From assembly GCA_963733675.1 (NCBI GenBank), contig CAVTET010000015.1:1-64000 (forward strand): a stretch of DNA of 64,000 nt, in the 5' to 3' direction. Within the stretch, counting starts at the first letter, position 1; each line of letters opens with the position of its first letter. The DNA is from an uncultured Methanosarcinaceae archaeon (GTDB lineage: Archaea > Halobacteriota > Methanosarcinia > Methanosarcinales > Methanosarcinaceae). This document shows positions 34,981 to 45,551 of this stretch, one piece after another. The notes beneath the pieces were generated by a model. That model was not told the DNA's origin. It made no database searches and was given only the letters and a program-made list of their open reading frames with translations. Position numbers and translations under genes: made by a program.

Positions 34981-36197
34981 AACTATACTTTTATCAATTT
35001 TAAAGCATATATATTTCAAATAGATGATAATGCTAATATCCCAATGAAATTTTTCCAGATATTTCAAGCAAAACGATTTGACATCTTATTCTCTTTATAC
35101 AATATTTTTTATACGTAGTTCTAGTTTTATAATGCAAAGGTAGCTTAAAATAGATATCAACTGTTTAATAAAAGTTATTGGGAAAGTTCCTATCCCCTTA
35201 GCAATTTTTGTGGTATTTAATTAAAATAAGTTTGGATCTTGATATCTTGAACAGTCATAAAGCTGATTACAATATAAAAAACTTTATGATATGACCAATA
35301 ATTATCTACTTAGTATGTACTTACACTCTAAGACAATAAAAAGAAACATAGAAGAATATGGTGTCAATGTGAGTGTGAATGTAGCAGGTCTACTGTGCAT
35401 ATAGTGGAATGAGAATTCCTTCTAGGTTTGTAAGTCAGTGTCATTCTTGATTACTTATCAAGGATCATTATTCCCCAGTAAAGAATACGTTAATTATAAC
35501 ATGTAAATCACGGTTTGGTGATAGACCGAGTTTTTCATAGAGCATTGGGGATATCAATGGAGAAATTAATAATGGATCAGGAAAGGAATTAGGGGCATAC
35601 AGAATTAAATAAGGATGATTCATTAGACAGCGAGTTCAAGATGTAAATGAAAAATTTTGGATTAAGCTAATAATTGCAAGGTGAAGACACCATCAGAAAA
35701 TCAAAATAATTGAGAAATGGTCCCATACATTGAGCCTTGAAGATTAAAAGAACTTAAATCACTAGAAAATGCTTATTGAATAGATTGTTAGTGGAAGTAA
35801 AATCTTAGATATGAATTAGATATTTTTGTTTGTGAGAATATGAAGAAATTGAAAAGAGTTTCGAAGCAAAATTGTTTTTGGATTAAAACCTCACTCACAT
35901 TTCCTAAATCCTCTATTATATACTTATGAATTTTTGAGTTTTCATTCGTAGATAAAGAAAGCGTGTATAGAGGTGGAAAAAGTAGGAAATTTCAAAACCG
36001 TTTGATCGCAAAGTTCTTATATGATTTGATTTGTATTGATAAGTCCATAGCAAATATGCTAGTCAAGTATCCCAGTTAATGTATTAATATATAATAAGGA
36101 CAATTAAGCTACTTTTAAGTATGCTTTTGCTTTGATAAATTCAAAAGATCATGATCTCCATGATTTTAAAATTTCAATAAAAGGATGAGGTTTTAAT

Positions 36198-36575
36198 ATG
36201 AGATGGCAAGGTAGCTCCAGAAGAAAAGTGACCGGTGGGAAAGTTATTGTCGCTCGCGGGAAGCGTAAGTTTGAAATGGGTCGCGAATCTGCGGATACCC
36301 GCATAAGTGAAATAAAACGAAAAAATGTTCCGGTAATGGGAGGCAATAGGAAGGTTAGGCTTCTCCAATGTAATGTTGCAAACATAACCAATCAGAAAAA
36401 CGGAAAGACAGTTTCTGCTACTATTGAAACAGTTGTCGACAACGCTGCAAACAAACACTATGTAAGGCGTAACATCCTAACAAAAGGCTCTGTCATAAGG
36501 ACTCCTATAGGAACTGCGAGAGTTACGAGCAGACCAGGGCAAGATGGAGTTGTAAATGCTGTATTGATTGAGTGA
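36198..36575 (+). CDS. rps8e: 30S ribosomal protein S8e
   Basis: [35 protein letters not shown] and TSRPGQDG. Confidence 0.97.
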   Translation: MRWQGSSRRKVTGGKVIVARGKRKFEMGRESADTRISEIKRKNVPVMGGNRKVRLLQCNVANITNQKNGKTVSATIETVVDNAANKHYVRRNILTKGSVIRTPIGTARVTSRPGQDGVVNAVLIE

Positions 36576-36645
36576 TTTTGTAGAACTCAACATTGAAGGC
36601 GAGGATTTTTTGGTGATTTTTTTCACCGTTGTGCCGGGGATCAAT

Positions 36646-37137
36646 ATGGAAGAACAGATTAGACACATACTGGAAATTCTCGAAAATGATGCTCGAGCAA
36701 GTCCGGAAGAAATTGCAGCCCTGATAGATATGTCTCCACAGGAAGTTTCCCAGACGATAGCAAAACTTGAGGAAACAGGAGTTATCCGGCACTACAAAAC
36801 CATCGTTAATTGGGACATTGTTGGGGAAAATTATGTTTATGCTGTGATTGAACTGAAGGTTACTCTCGAGCGTAGCCAGGGTTATCAGGCAATTGCAGAA
36901 AGGATTTATAAATTTCCGGAAGTAAGGTCTGTCAGACTATTATCTGGGGACTATGATATATCTCTTACTGTCCGAGGGAAGTCGATGAAAGATGTTGCTT
37001 TTTTCGTGGCAGAAAAAATTGCAACTCTTGATCAGGTAAAGAGTACGTCAACTCACTTTGTGCTGAAGACATATAAAGAAGATGGGGTTATCCTCCACGA
37101 ACCTGAGACGATCAAAAGGCTCCCAGTTTCATTTTAA
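36646..37137 (+). CDS. Lrp/AsnC-family transcriptional regulator
   Basis: HTH ILEILENDAR..EEIA..LEETGVI and RAM domain LLSGDYD; start placed at MEEQ. Confidence 0.92.
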   Translation: MEEQIRHILEILENDARASPEEIAALIDMSPQEVSQTIAKLEETGVIRHYKTIVNWDIVGENYVYAVIELKVTLERSQGYQAIAERIYKFPEVRSVRLLSGDYDISLTVRGKSMKDVAFFVAEKIATLDQVKSTSTHFVLKTYKEDGVILHEPETIKRLPVSF

Positions 37138-37216
37138 TAAGAAACAGCTTAAAGCCTGCTCCTCTTCAGTTTTACTTTTACATCCTGCTAATATAATTTT
37201 TCAAAGGGGTGCTTGA

Positions 37217-38398
37217 TTGAGACTTCCATGCGATTCTTCAAAATTTATTGCGGAAGCTGTTAAGAATATCCCACCTTCAGGAATACGGCGTTTTTTTGAT
37301 ATGGTTTCCGGACTTGAAGACATAATCTCCCTTGGAGTAGGAGAACCTGATTTCGTCACTCCTTGGCACATTCGTGAGATGTGCATCCATTCTCTGGAAA
37401 AAGGGCAGACTTCTTATACGTCAAACTATGGGCTTCCGGAACTCAGAGATGAACTTACCAGGACCTATTACAAACGTTACGGCTTGGACTATGATCCTGC
37501 ATCAGAGATATTGATCACTTCAGGTGTAAGCGAAGCCCTGGATATAGCGATCAGGGCAGTAGTAAACCCGGGGGATGAGGTTATTGTGGTCCAGCCCTCT
37601 TATGTAGCATATGTCCCATCGGTTATTCTGGCAGGAGGCAAGCCTGTAATTGTTCGAACTTATATGGATGATGATTTTAGCCTGACTGCGGAAGCACTCA
37701 AGCCTGCAATAACGAATAAGACTAAGGCAATAATTCTCAACTTCCCTAATAATCCCACAGGAGCAATCATGACACAAGAAGGGCTTGAGGATGTTGCTGA
37801 TCTAGTTGTTGGTAATGATCTGTTTGTTATCTCGGATGAGGTATACGAGTGCCTGACTTATGATGGACGCCACGTACCAGTCTCTTCTTTGGAGGGTATG
37901 AAGGACAGGACTGTTATGCTGAATGGATTATCCAAATCTCATGCAATGACAGGGTTTAGGTTAGGTTTTGCAATGGGCTCCTCGGAGATCATACATTCAA
38001 TGACGATGATTCACCAGTACTGCATGCTTTGCGCTCCCATAACTGCTCAAGTGGGAGCCATTGAAGCTCTTCGAAATGGTAAAGAGGAGATGGAGCGGAT
38101 GGTCAGGGAATATGACCGGCGCAGACACTTTATCGTCACCGGCTTTAATAAGATAGGGCTTAAGTGCCTTAAGCCCAAAGGTGCATTCTACGCTTTTCCT
38201 TATATGGGGGATACCGGACTTTCTTCTTCTGAGTTTGCTGAGCGTCTTCTGGACAAAAAGAAGGTTGTCACGATTCCAGGAGATGTTTTTGGTGAAGCAG
38301 GGGAAGGTTTCCTTCGATGCGCTTATGCAGCATCAATGAATGATCTTAAAAAAGCAATTGAGAGAATGGGAGATTTCGTAGACGGATTAAAAAAGTGA
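37217..38398 (+). CDS. Class I/II PLP-dependent aminotransferase (aspartate aminotransferase-like)
   Basis: SLGVGEPDF, NFPNNPTG, SDEVY and SKSHAMTGFRLG. Confidence 0.93.
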   Translation: MRLPCDSSKFIAEAVKNIPPSGIRRFFDMVSGLEDIISLGVGEPDFVTPWHIREMCIHSLEKGQTSYTSNYGLPELRDELTRTYYKRYGLDYDPASEILITSGVSEALDIAIRAVVNPGDEVIVVQPSYVAYVPSVILAGGKPVIVRTYMDDDFSLTAEALKPAITNKTKAIILNFPNNPTGAIMTQEGLEDVADLVVGNDLFVISDEVYECLTYDGRHVPVSSLEGMKDRTVMLNGLSKSHAMTGFRLGFAMGSSEIIHSMTMIHQYCMLCAPITAQVGAIEALRNGKEEMERMVREYDRRRHFIVTGFNKIGLKCLKPKGAFYAFPYMGDTGLSSSEFAERLLDKKKVVTIPGDVFGEAGEGFLRCAYAASMNDLKKAIERMGDFVDGLKK

Positions 38399-38520
38399 AT
38401 TCATCTGAGCTTCTATCAGTCTGCCTTTGCTATTTTCCACTTTTAGAATAAATTTTTCCTCATCCATTCTCAGATTGGGTTACTTGCTTAGTCATCTATT
38501 ATTTTCAATCAGCTCGTTCA

Positions 38521-38930
38521 TCAGATTCTACCATGCATCAAATATTTTTCGTCATCATCTGATGTTTGTTCTTTCAACGGATCGATAAAAATTGACACTT
38601 TGCTATAAACTCCCCTCAAAATATCTTTTTTCAGTTCAGGCTGAAGCTTGAAGAGTCTGTAAAGCTTATCTTTTTCGAGTATTGAACTACCTTTGATAGA
38701 GATTACTTGAATGGAATTCCAGAATAAATGAACGTGATATATTACTATTTCCACAGTATGAATTTCGTAGTTTGGCATGTGCAAAATAGTTTGAAGATAG
38801 GCATACAAACCCTTCAAATTCGTTCATTGCATAATGTATTGTACAGATACTTAGGCACCTATACTATAGGTGATCTTACCATAGCTAGAATAGGGCTATT
38901 GATCCCAATACTTATCAAATTCCTGTCATA
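38521..38930 (-). mobile_element. IS200-family tnpA relic (similar to the one at 22.3-22.7 kb)
   Basis: YGKITY..VPKY, EIHTVEIVIYHVHLF and YRLFKLQPELKK. Confidence 0.65.
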
Positions 38931-38968
38931 GGGGACACTACTTCTGATATCATAGTGGATGGCCGTCT

Positions 38969-39853
38969 TTATTCCAATTCCCTAGCTAATAATAACTCAA
39001 TTCTAGTAGATGAAAGATCGCACTCCGTATCATGTTCATGAAAATGTTTGCCCTTGTGGGTGTGCAAATGCTCATGAACAAGCTTGCTGTGAATGTGCAT
39101 GTGCTCATGAATCAGATTTGAGTCCAGAAGAAGTTCCAAGTTATTGAGAACCTTTTCCACATCATCGTCCACCACAACTCTATGTTCTTCGCCCATGACT
39201 ATGGCTCTTTTGCTAATTTGCTCTACAAGTTCCAAGTCATGAGTAGCAGTAATTATCGTCTTGCCTGCATCCCCTAACTCTTGTAATAGCTCTGTAAGCC
39301 AGAGTTGGGTTCTAGGGTCCAATCCGGCTGTGGGCTCATCCAATAGAAGAACATCCGGGTTGCTAGCCAGAACAGTGGCTATGCACACCTTTTTTTTTTC
39401 ACCTCCACTTAGAGTGTGAGGGGATCTATCTTTAAGCTTAGTGATCCCTATCATTTCCATGACTTCCAAAACTCTGGTTTTTACTTCTCCCGGAGTAAGG
39501 TTAAGTTGCATCGGTCCAAATGCAATCTCCTCGAAGACCGTAGGTGAAAAGAGCTGTACATCTGAGTTCTGAAAGACAAGTCCTACTCTTGTCCGGAAAT
39601 AGGATCTAAATTCATTATCCTCAATAGTATTGAAAACCTCTTCAGATATCTTAGTATCAAAGGCATGGAATTCCCCAACTGTTGGATATATGAGCCCATC
39701 TAAAATGGCTAACAGAGTCGATTTGCCACTGCCATTTGAGCCAATTATAGATATCTGCTCGTTTTGGTTCACTTTGAAGCAGATATCTTTTAAGGCGTTT
39801 ATCCTTCCTGCATATGAATATGATACATTCCTTAAGTCAAAGATCATTTCCAT
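38969..39853 (-). CDS. cbiO: Co/Ni ECF transporter ATPase with His-rich tail
   Basis: GSNGSGKST, FQN, LSGGEKK, LLLDEP and THD; tail HEHMHIHSKLVHEHLHTH. Confidence 0.9.
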   Translation of the reverse strand: MEMIFDLRNVSYSYAGRINALKDICFKVNQNEQISIIGSNGSGKSTLLAILDGLIYPTVGEFHAFDTKISEEVFNTIEDNEFRSYFRTRVGLVFQNSDVQLFSPTVFEEIAFGPMQLNLTPGEVKTRVLEVMEMIGITKLKDRSPHTLSGGEKKKVCIATVLASNPDVLLLDEPTAGLDPRTQLWLTELLQELGDAGKTIITATHDLELVEQISKRAIVMGEEHRVVVDDDVEKVLNNLELLLDSNLIHEHMHIHSKLVHEHLHTHKGKHFHEHDTECDLSSTRIELLLARELE

Positions 39854-39860
39854 ATTCTTA

Positions 39861-40796
39861 TCACCTAATAATGTTCTGGGATATCAACACCATTATTATG
39901 CTTAGGGATATCGCCGTTGCACCTACGATATAATCTCGTTTGTGAATTCTGAACTCCTGCATTACCTTAACATCTCCATTGAAGCCCCTGGATATCATAG
40001 CCATATGAACTTTTTCGCTAATATCCATAGATCGTATAAGCGTGTAACCTATGCGTCCGCCAACCCATTTCTGCTCTTCTAACATGCCTCCAGCCTTTAT
40101 GGTCCTTGCTTTTTTGGCAAAATGCATATCTCGGACTAAATCCATCAAAAGGAAGATGTACCTGTTGGTCATCTCCAGCGTGAAAACATATATCTTCGGC
40201 ACGCCCACCGTTCGCAGAGACTTATAAAGAATCTGCTGTGGTGTGGTCAGAAAGAGCAAGACTATGGCAGAAACACACGTTGCAACACGCATAATAAATA
40301 TACTTGCTGCATATACACCTTGTCTGGTGATATATACGCTTTCTGGTAGTGTAAGTGATCCCACGTGGTTATTAGGGCCTAAATAAGCTAATGTAATTAA
40401 TGGATCACCTGGGAAGAAAATGTTGAAAATCATAGGTATGATGATGATGCCTGCAAAGATGGGGATAAAGAGCCAAACCCGTTTGATGAAAAATAAGATA
40501 TTGATTTTACTGAGATATGCAAGCAACAACGTGAATGTATAAATCAAAACCAGTAATTTCAAGTCTTTGATCAAACTTGTTGCGAATATTGCGGTCATAA
40601 TGGAAAGCAACTTGACCCTCGGATCCAAGCTCTGCAGAAAACCTTTTCTTCTGGAGAATCCCTCCGATATAAAAGCTTCCTCAATAAAACCTAAGATCCC
40701 ACCAATTGTGTTCTCTATGAATCCTTTCTTGCCATGATGAACAGCAAAGCACCCGCAAGGTTCTACTATCACTTCTTTCATCCAGTCCTGGATCAT
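39861..40796 (-). CDS. cbiQ: Co/Ni ECF transporter T component
   Basis: LDPRVKL, RYIFLL and AMISRGF motifs; multiple TM helices. Confidence 0.9.
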   Translation of the reverse strand: MIQDWMKEVIVEPCGCFAVHHGKKGFIENTIGGILGFIEEAFISEGFSRRKGFLQSLDPRVKLLSIMTAIFATSLIKDLKLLVLIYTFTLLLAYLSKINILFFIKRVWLFIPIFAGIIIIPMIFNIFFPGDPLITLAYLGPNNHVGSLTLPESVYITRQGVYAASIFIMRVATCVSAIVLLFLTTPQQILYKSLRTVGVPKIYVFTLEMTNRYIFLLMDLVRDMHFAKKARTIKAGGMLEEQKWVGGRIGYTLIRSMDISEKVHMAMISRGFNGDVKVMQEFRIHKRDYIVGATAISLSIIMVLISQNIIR

Positions 40797-40834
40797 AATG
40801 CCTCCAGTAAAAATAAATAAAGATCATCGGTTTG

Positions 40835-41115
40835 TTAGTCGTTGACTGCTTTCTTGCCAGTGAAGTATAAGATATCTATAATACATAGTAAGCCTATTAC
40901 AGCTGCTATAATATATCCGATAACTTTATGGAAGTCAGGAATAAGATGGTATGAGAATAACACATTCAATAGATTTGAAAGCTTTTCTAATCCAGATGAC
41001 AAAAAACCTGCCTTGCCTAGCGCTTTCTTACACATCCTTCATATACAATACCTGTACGCAAATACACACCAAAACAAGTAGTGGAGATATTTTAGATTCC
41101 ATAGTTTTCATTTTC
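40835..41115 (-). pseudogene. Second, degraded PDGLE/NikN-like accessory subunit
   Basis: GLEKLS..L...FSY..P....IGYIIAAVIG parallels the upstream copy; 5' part is frameshifted. Confidence 0.55.
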
Positions 41116-41483
41116 ATTTCCAAATAAATCCAAATTTTGATCATGGTGATCCTCAACGCAATGGTGCTCGAGTTTTTAACCACCTTCTTTCCTATGAAAT
41201 ACAAGAGACTACCACCAACTATTATGCCTACTAATGCAGACAAGATGTATCCTGCTGAAGATACGATTCGCGAATCCCCGCCGCCAGGAAATGAATAATC
41301 CTGCATTGGAGCATTCCATAATCCCGAGAGCTCCTTCAACCCATGGGGCACAAACCCAATTCTATCCTTAAGCTCATCTGGCCCCCATTCACCATAGGCA
41401 GTGCCTGCAGCAAGCAGGCCTAGAGGCGCAAAAATTATAAGTAATACCAGGCCAATGGATAAGTTCCTTATCAGTATATCCAT
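41028..41483 (-). CDS. PDGLE-domain (NikN/CbiN-like) accessory protein, probably with an extended C-terminus
   Basis: PLGLLAAGTAYGEWG..EL and WNAPMQDYSFPG..GYILSALVG. Confidence 0.7.
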   Translation of the reverse strand: MDILIRNLSIGLVLLIIFAPLGLLAAGTAYGEWGPDELKDRIGFVPHGLKELSGLWNAPMQDYSFPGGGDSRIVSSAGYILSALVGIIVGGSLLYFIGKKVVKNSSTIALRITMIKIWIYLEMKMKTMESKISPLLVLVCICVQVLYMKDV

Positions 41484-41492
41484 ATTCTCGCC

Positions 41493-41607
41493 TCAGATTG
41501 TGACTCAGGTCATCATTTCGTTCATTTCCACCTTTGTTTTCTCTCCGTAAAATACGGATGTATCTGTTCTCTGGATATAGGCAAAAATAATTGCTGTAAT
41601 CAGTGCC
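41493..41607 (-). pseudogene. cbiM: C-terminal stub of the CbiM/NikM S-component
   Basis: ALITAIIFAYIQRTD... sits directly upstream of the PDGLE gene; upstream of 41607 the sequence turns AT-rich and non-coding. Confidence 0.6.
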
Positions 41608-42496
41608 TAAGAATTCTAAATAAAAACATGTGTTAAATTTTGACGCATATTTTTAACAGTTAAATATTTGATGCGATTAATTTTTCAGTTAGATAATATA
41701 TAAGTCCTAGAATATTTTTACAAATCTAGATTATCAAGTATTACATATGCATCAGTTTATATTACTTTTTTGGATAAATTTTAATTTTATTCTTAAGTAA
41801 AGCTTCATTCACATCTTATATGGATCCATAGGTACTTTGTATCATGGAGTCGAAATCTAAATTGCAGTGATAATTGAGTCCATGATGAAGAACAAGAGGC
41901 TTTTACAGATTCTCGAATAAAGTAAATCTCATAAGGATAGATTAGTAACATCAGATTAGAAGGAAAGTATTTGATAATGCAAATTTGGTTCAATCGAAAA
42001 TAATGTACTTGTTAGATTTCTCAACTACTTGATATTGACATGTGCGTTTCCGACACAAATGTTACTGTATGTTAAAGCAAAATTACATCATGCAGAAGAG
42101 TAACAAAGTGATGAAATTTATAATATAGCTTCTTATCACACATGTTGGAAGTAGGTGTTATATGAAGATTGGTCCGACTTTTTTGAGATTCTTCTTTTCC
42201 TTTCCTACTTATATTCAATTAGTTTAAAAACAATAACCATTCAAAGACTTAAGTTCTTGAAGTACAAAATTAAGCTCAATATATTTTTCGATTAAATTCA
42301 CATTTTAGATAGTTAATGGTTTAATGTGTATTGATTTCGCAATTCCACTGCATAAGTCTTAAATATTACCAAATCTCTAACCACGACGTAAATTTCATTT
42401 GCTGTGGTTAGATTTTATAATACTCTTGTTTGTTTCTGAGAAGGCCGAGTTGTTTTCCCAAAAAGTTCAAAAACTAGAAGCTTTATGAGGAATTTA

Positions 42497-43284
42497 ACTG
42501 GGTTCGACGAAGTCATAATCACACGAGCAATTTTTGATGAGTATTCAAAAACCTTCCTGACCACACAGATATCGGCGTGGCACTTGTAGAAGGGGAGCCT
42601 GCAAATCTGGTGGCCGCAAAATATCTGGCAGAGGGGGGGGTAGAAGTCGCTATTTATGAAAAGAAGATACCTTTTGAGGGTTGGTATGTGGGGCTGGTGG
42701 CGTGATATTCCCACGCATAGTTAGAGTTGTGCAGGAAGAGGCTCGCTGCATGCTGGACGACTTCTGGATTTATATAGGGAATACCACCCAGGGTATTATG
42801 TGGCAAACTCAGTTGAATCAGTCGGAAAGCTAAATGCAGGTGCAACTTCAGCAGGGGCTGAAGTCTTTAACCTTGTGAATTTTGAGGACGTTATGATCCA
42901 GGAAAATGATCAGATTACTGGCATAGTGACCAATTGGGGACCTGTTGCAGAAAAGCACCTGCAAGTGGATCCTCTCATGATCAGCACAAAACTCGTAATA
43001 GACGTAACAGGGTACGATGCAGCTGTCAGCAACACGATTCTCCAAAAAATACCAAACTCAAAAATAGGGAAATTGGGGATGTTTGGGAGAAACCCATGTG
43101 ATCAGAGATTGGCTAGCACCTTACTGTTAATGCAACTCAGGAGATCTAGCCGGGTCTGATTGTTACGGGAATGGCCGCGAATGCAGCAACCTACGTTCCA
43201 AGAATGGGGTCTATCCCTGGAGTGCTGCTCCTTTCAGGTAAAAAATCTGTAAATATTGCTCTAAATAGGCTAACATGTCTTTAA
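42497..43284 (+). pseudogene. thi4: Thiazole biosynthesis enzyme Thi4, multiply disrupted
   Basis: DEVIITRAIFDEYSKTFL, PANLVAAKYLA, VANSVESVGKL, NWGPV, VDPLMI, GMAANAA and PRMG, with several frameshifts and stops. Confidence 0.88.
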
Positions 43285-43650
43285 AAACTCCAACTCTGAC
43301 CTCATATATGGTTTATAAATCAATTTTGTGCATTTATGATGCTGAAAAACATAAAATTTCTTTTACTCTAACTTTTCCAAAAATTGAGATGTCAATGTTC
43401 TCTAATTTTAGCTAAAACTGAGGAAATGCATCGATTTTACTTTAAAAATTGTGCATCCATGAGAGTTAGATCAATTGTATTGTCATAAAAAGGATTTATT
43501 CAGATACTTCAAAAAGAGCAGGGTATTTCTCTTTGAGTAATGCATGAATAGATTTATCTAGCTTTGTTTTATAGAGTGATTTCACTTCAGAAATTTGTTC
43601 AATTATACGATTTTTAGCTTGTATAAGGTCAGCAGCCTGTGTTCACAAAA

Positions 43651-44934
43651 TCAAATATTCTCAAGATCTCCACAAGCTAAGGCATCGAGTGCCATTTCAA
43701 TAACGCCAACGATAAAGTTCAAATCGTCTTGTGAAACGCAATATGGTGGCAACATATAGATCGTTTGCCCTATAGGTCGTAACAACACACCTTGCGCCAG
43801 GAAATAGCGATAAAGCTTCGGTGCAACGTCAGACAAATATCCTTGTCGAACATCGCATACTTCCAACGCCATAATTGTGCCGATATGCCGCAAATTTTCG
43901 ATATCCTTGCGCGCCGCCAACCGCGGCAGCAAAGCGGCTTGATGGTCATGCAACGTCTTTATGCGCTCTGCCACATTATCCTCTTCCCATAGATCAATCG
44001 AGGCGCAAGCTGCGGCGCAGGCCAACGGATTTCCTGTAAAAGAAGTTGAATGGAAGAAAGCTTTGGCGCGGTTCGTGCTGTAAAATGCCTGATAAATATC
44101 TTCAGTTGCTAACGTTGCAGCCATAGGCAAACAACCGTTGGTAAGGCCTTTAGATAAACATACAATGTCCGGTTCTATATGCGCCTGTTCGCAGGCAAAG
44201 CGTGTCCCTGTGCGTCCCCATCCAGTCATGACTTCATCGGCAATAAAAATCACACCGTAGCTCCGACATAAAGCGTACAGCGAGCGCAACGTCGCAGCGC
44301 TGTAAATCCGCATTCCGGCAGCACCTAGAACAAGTGGTTCGACAATCAATGCGGCGATATCGTTCGCTTGCTTTATGAGCAGCTTCTCGAAGGCCTCTAC
44401 AGTCAAATGTTCGCGACCAGTTTCAGGAAAAGGCAGGCGATGTACATTGAACAGAAACTTTTCATAGGGTGCGCTGAAAATGCCGCGCGAGCCCACTGAC
44501 ATCGCACCGAAAGTATCTCCGTGATACGCATGCTCAAGCGTCACAATGCCCCCTCGCGTTTTGTCTTTGTGCGCCCAGTATCCCAACGCCATTTTCAAGG
44601 CAACTTCAACTGCCGTCGAACCGCTGTCGGAATAGAAAACACGCGTCAAATTGGGCGGTGTGAGCCCCACTAATTTCTCCGCCAATCTTTCAGCGGGTTC
44701 ATGCGTGAATCCAGCAAAGATAATTTGGTCTAGTTTTGCGGCCTGTTCCTGCACAGCTGCGACTATCTTTGGACTATTATGCCCGTGAATATTTACCCAC
44801 CACGAAGAAATAGCGTCGACAATCCGCCGTCCATCCTTGGCATAAAGATAAGCACCTTCGGCGCGGTCGATAAAAACAGAATCCGGTAATAATGCATGTT
44901 GAGTAAAGGGATGCCAAATTGGAGAATGAGTCAT
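43651..44934 (-). CDS. bioA: Adenosylmethionine-8-amino-7-oxononanoate aminotransferase (DAPA synthase)
   Basis: IWHPFTQ, DAISSWW, DSGSTAVEVALK, YHGDT, IADEVMTGWGRTG and SKGLT; ATGA overlap with the bioD stop places the start at 44934. Confidence 0.95.
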   Translation of the reverse strand: MTHSPIWHPFTQHALLPDSVFIDRAEGAYLYAKDGRRIVDAISSWWVNIHGHNSPKIVAAVQEQAAKLDQIIFAGFTHEPAERLAEKLVGLTPPNLTRVFYSDSGSTAVEVALKMALGYWAHKDKTRGGIVTLEHAYHGDTFGAMSVGSRGIFSAPYEKFLFNVHRLPFPETGREHLTVEAFEKLLIKQANDIAALIVEPLVLGAAGMRIYSAATLRSLYALCRSYGVIFIADEVMTGWGRTGTRFACEQAHIEPDIVCLSKGLTNGCLPMAATLATEDIYQAFYSTNRAKAFFHSTSFTGNPLACAAACASIDLWEEDNVAERIKTLHDHQAALLPRLAARKDIENLRHIGTIMALEVCDVRQGYLSDVAPKLYRYFLAQGVLLRPIGQTIYMLPPYCVSQDDLNFIVGVIEMALDALACGDLENI

Positions 44935-45551
44935 GCAAAATCCTCTTTCCGAAATCTCTGCGCAAAAACGGCCAACAATGTGGCACGGTCGATGACATCC
45001 AGATGCGGGACGTGACCGAGAACGAGCGCGCCGGAAAAATCGGCAATCGTACACATAGTATCGGGATTATCCTCACCGATAAAAATCAGCCCGTGCAAAG
45101 TCATGTCTCGTTGGCGCAAGGCCTCAACGGATAATAACGTATGATTGATCGTTCCAAGCCCCGTATGCGCACATAAAACAACCGGCGCAGCCCACGCCTT
45201 GAAAACATCTATCTGTAATTTCCGGCGGGTTACCGGAACCATAAGCCCGCCAACGCCTTCGACAATCAAAGTCCCGTTCACCTTGGGCAAAGAAAACGAG
45301 CCTATTTCAATGCCATCCAGTTCGGCTGCACGATGCGGTGAGAGCGGACGCGATAGAATATAGCGTTCCGGCAGAAATCGGTCATTGGACAATCCGGTCA
45401 ACGCCTGTAAACGCTGTGTATCCGTGCCGTCTTCGATGCCGGACTGGAGAGGCTTCCAGTATTGTGCATCCAGTGTGACAGTCAGCATAGCAGCAACGGT
45501 AGTTTTGCCAATACCAGTATCTGTGCCGCTGATGATAAAGGACTTCGTCAT
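44931..45551 (-). CDS. bioD: Dethiobiotin synthase
   Basis: SGTDTGIGKT, WKPLQSG, SPHRAA, VEGVGG and LGTINHTLLS; ATGA overlap with bioF. Confidence 0.95.
   Translation of the reverse strand: MTKSFIISGTDTGIGKTTVAAMLTVTLDAQYWKPLQSGIEDGTDTQRLQALTGLSNDRFLPERYILSRPLSPHRAAELDGIEIGSFSLPKVNGTLIVEGVGGLMVPVTRRKLQIDVFKAWAAPVVLCAHTGLGTINHTLLSVEALRQRDMTLHGLIFIGEDNPDTMCTIADFSGALVLGHVPHLDVIDRATLLAVFAQRFRKEDFA

Noticed and set aside
44935-45054. Longer N-terminus for bioA as listed in the ORF track
   Set aside because: It overlaps bioD; the ATGA coupling at 44934 gives a normal BioA start
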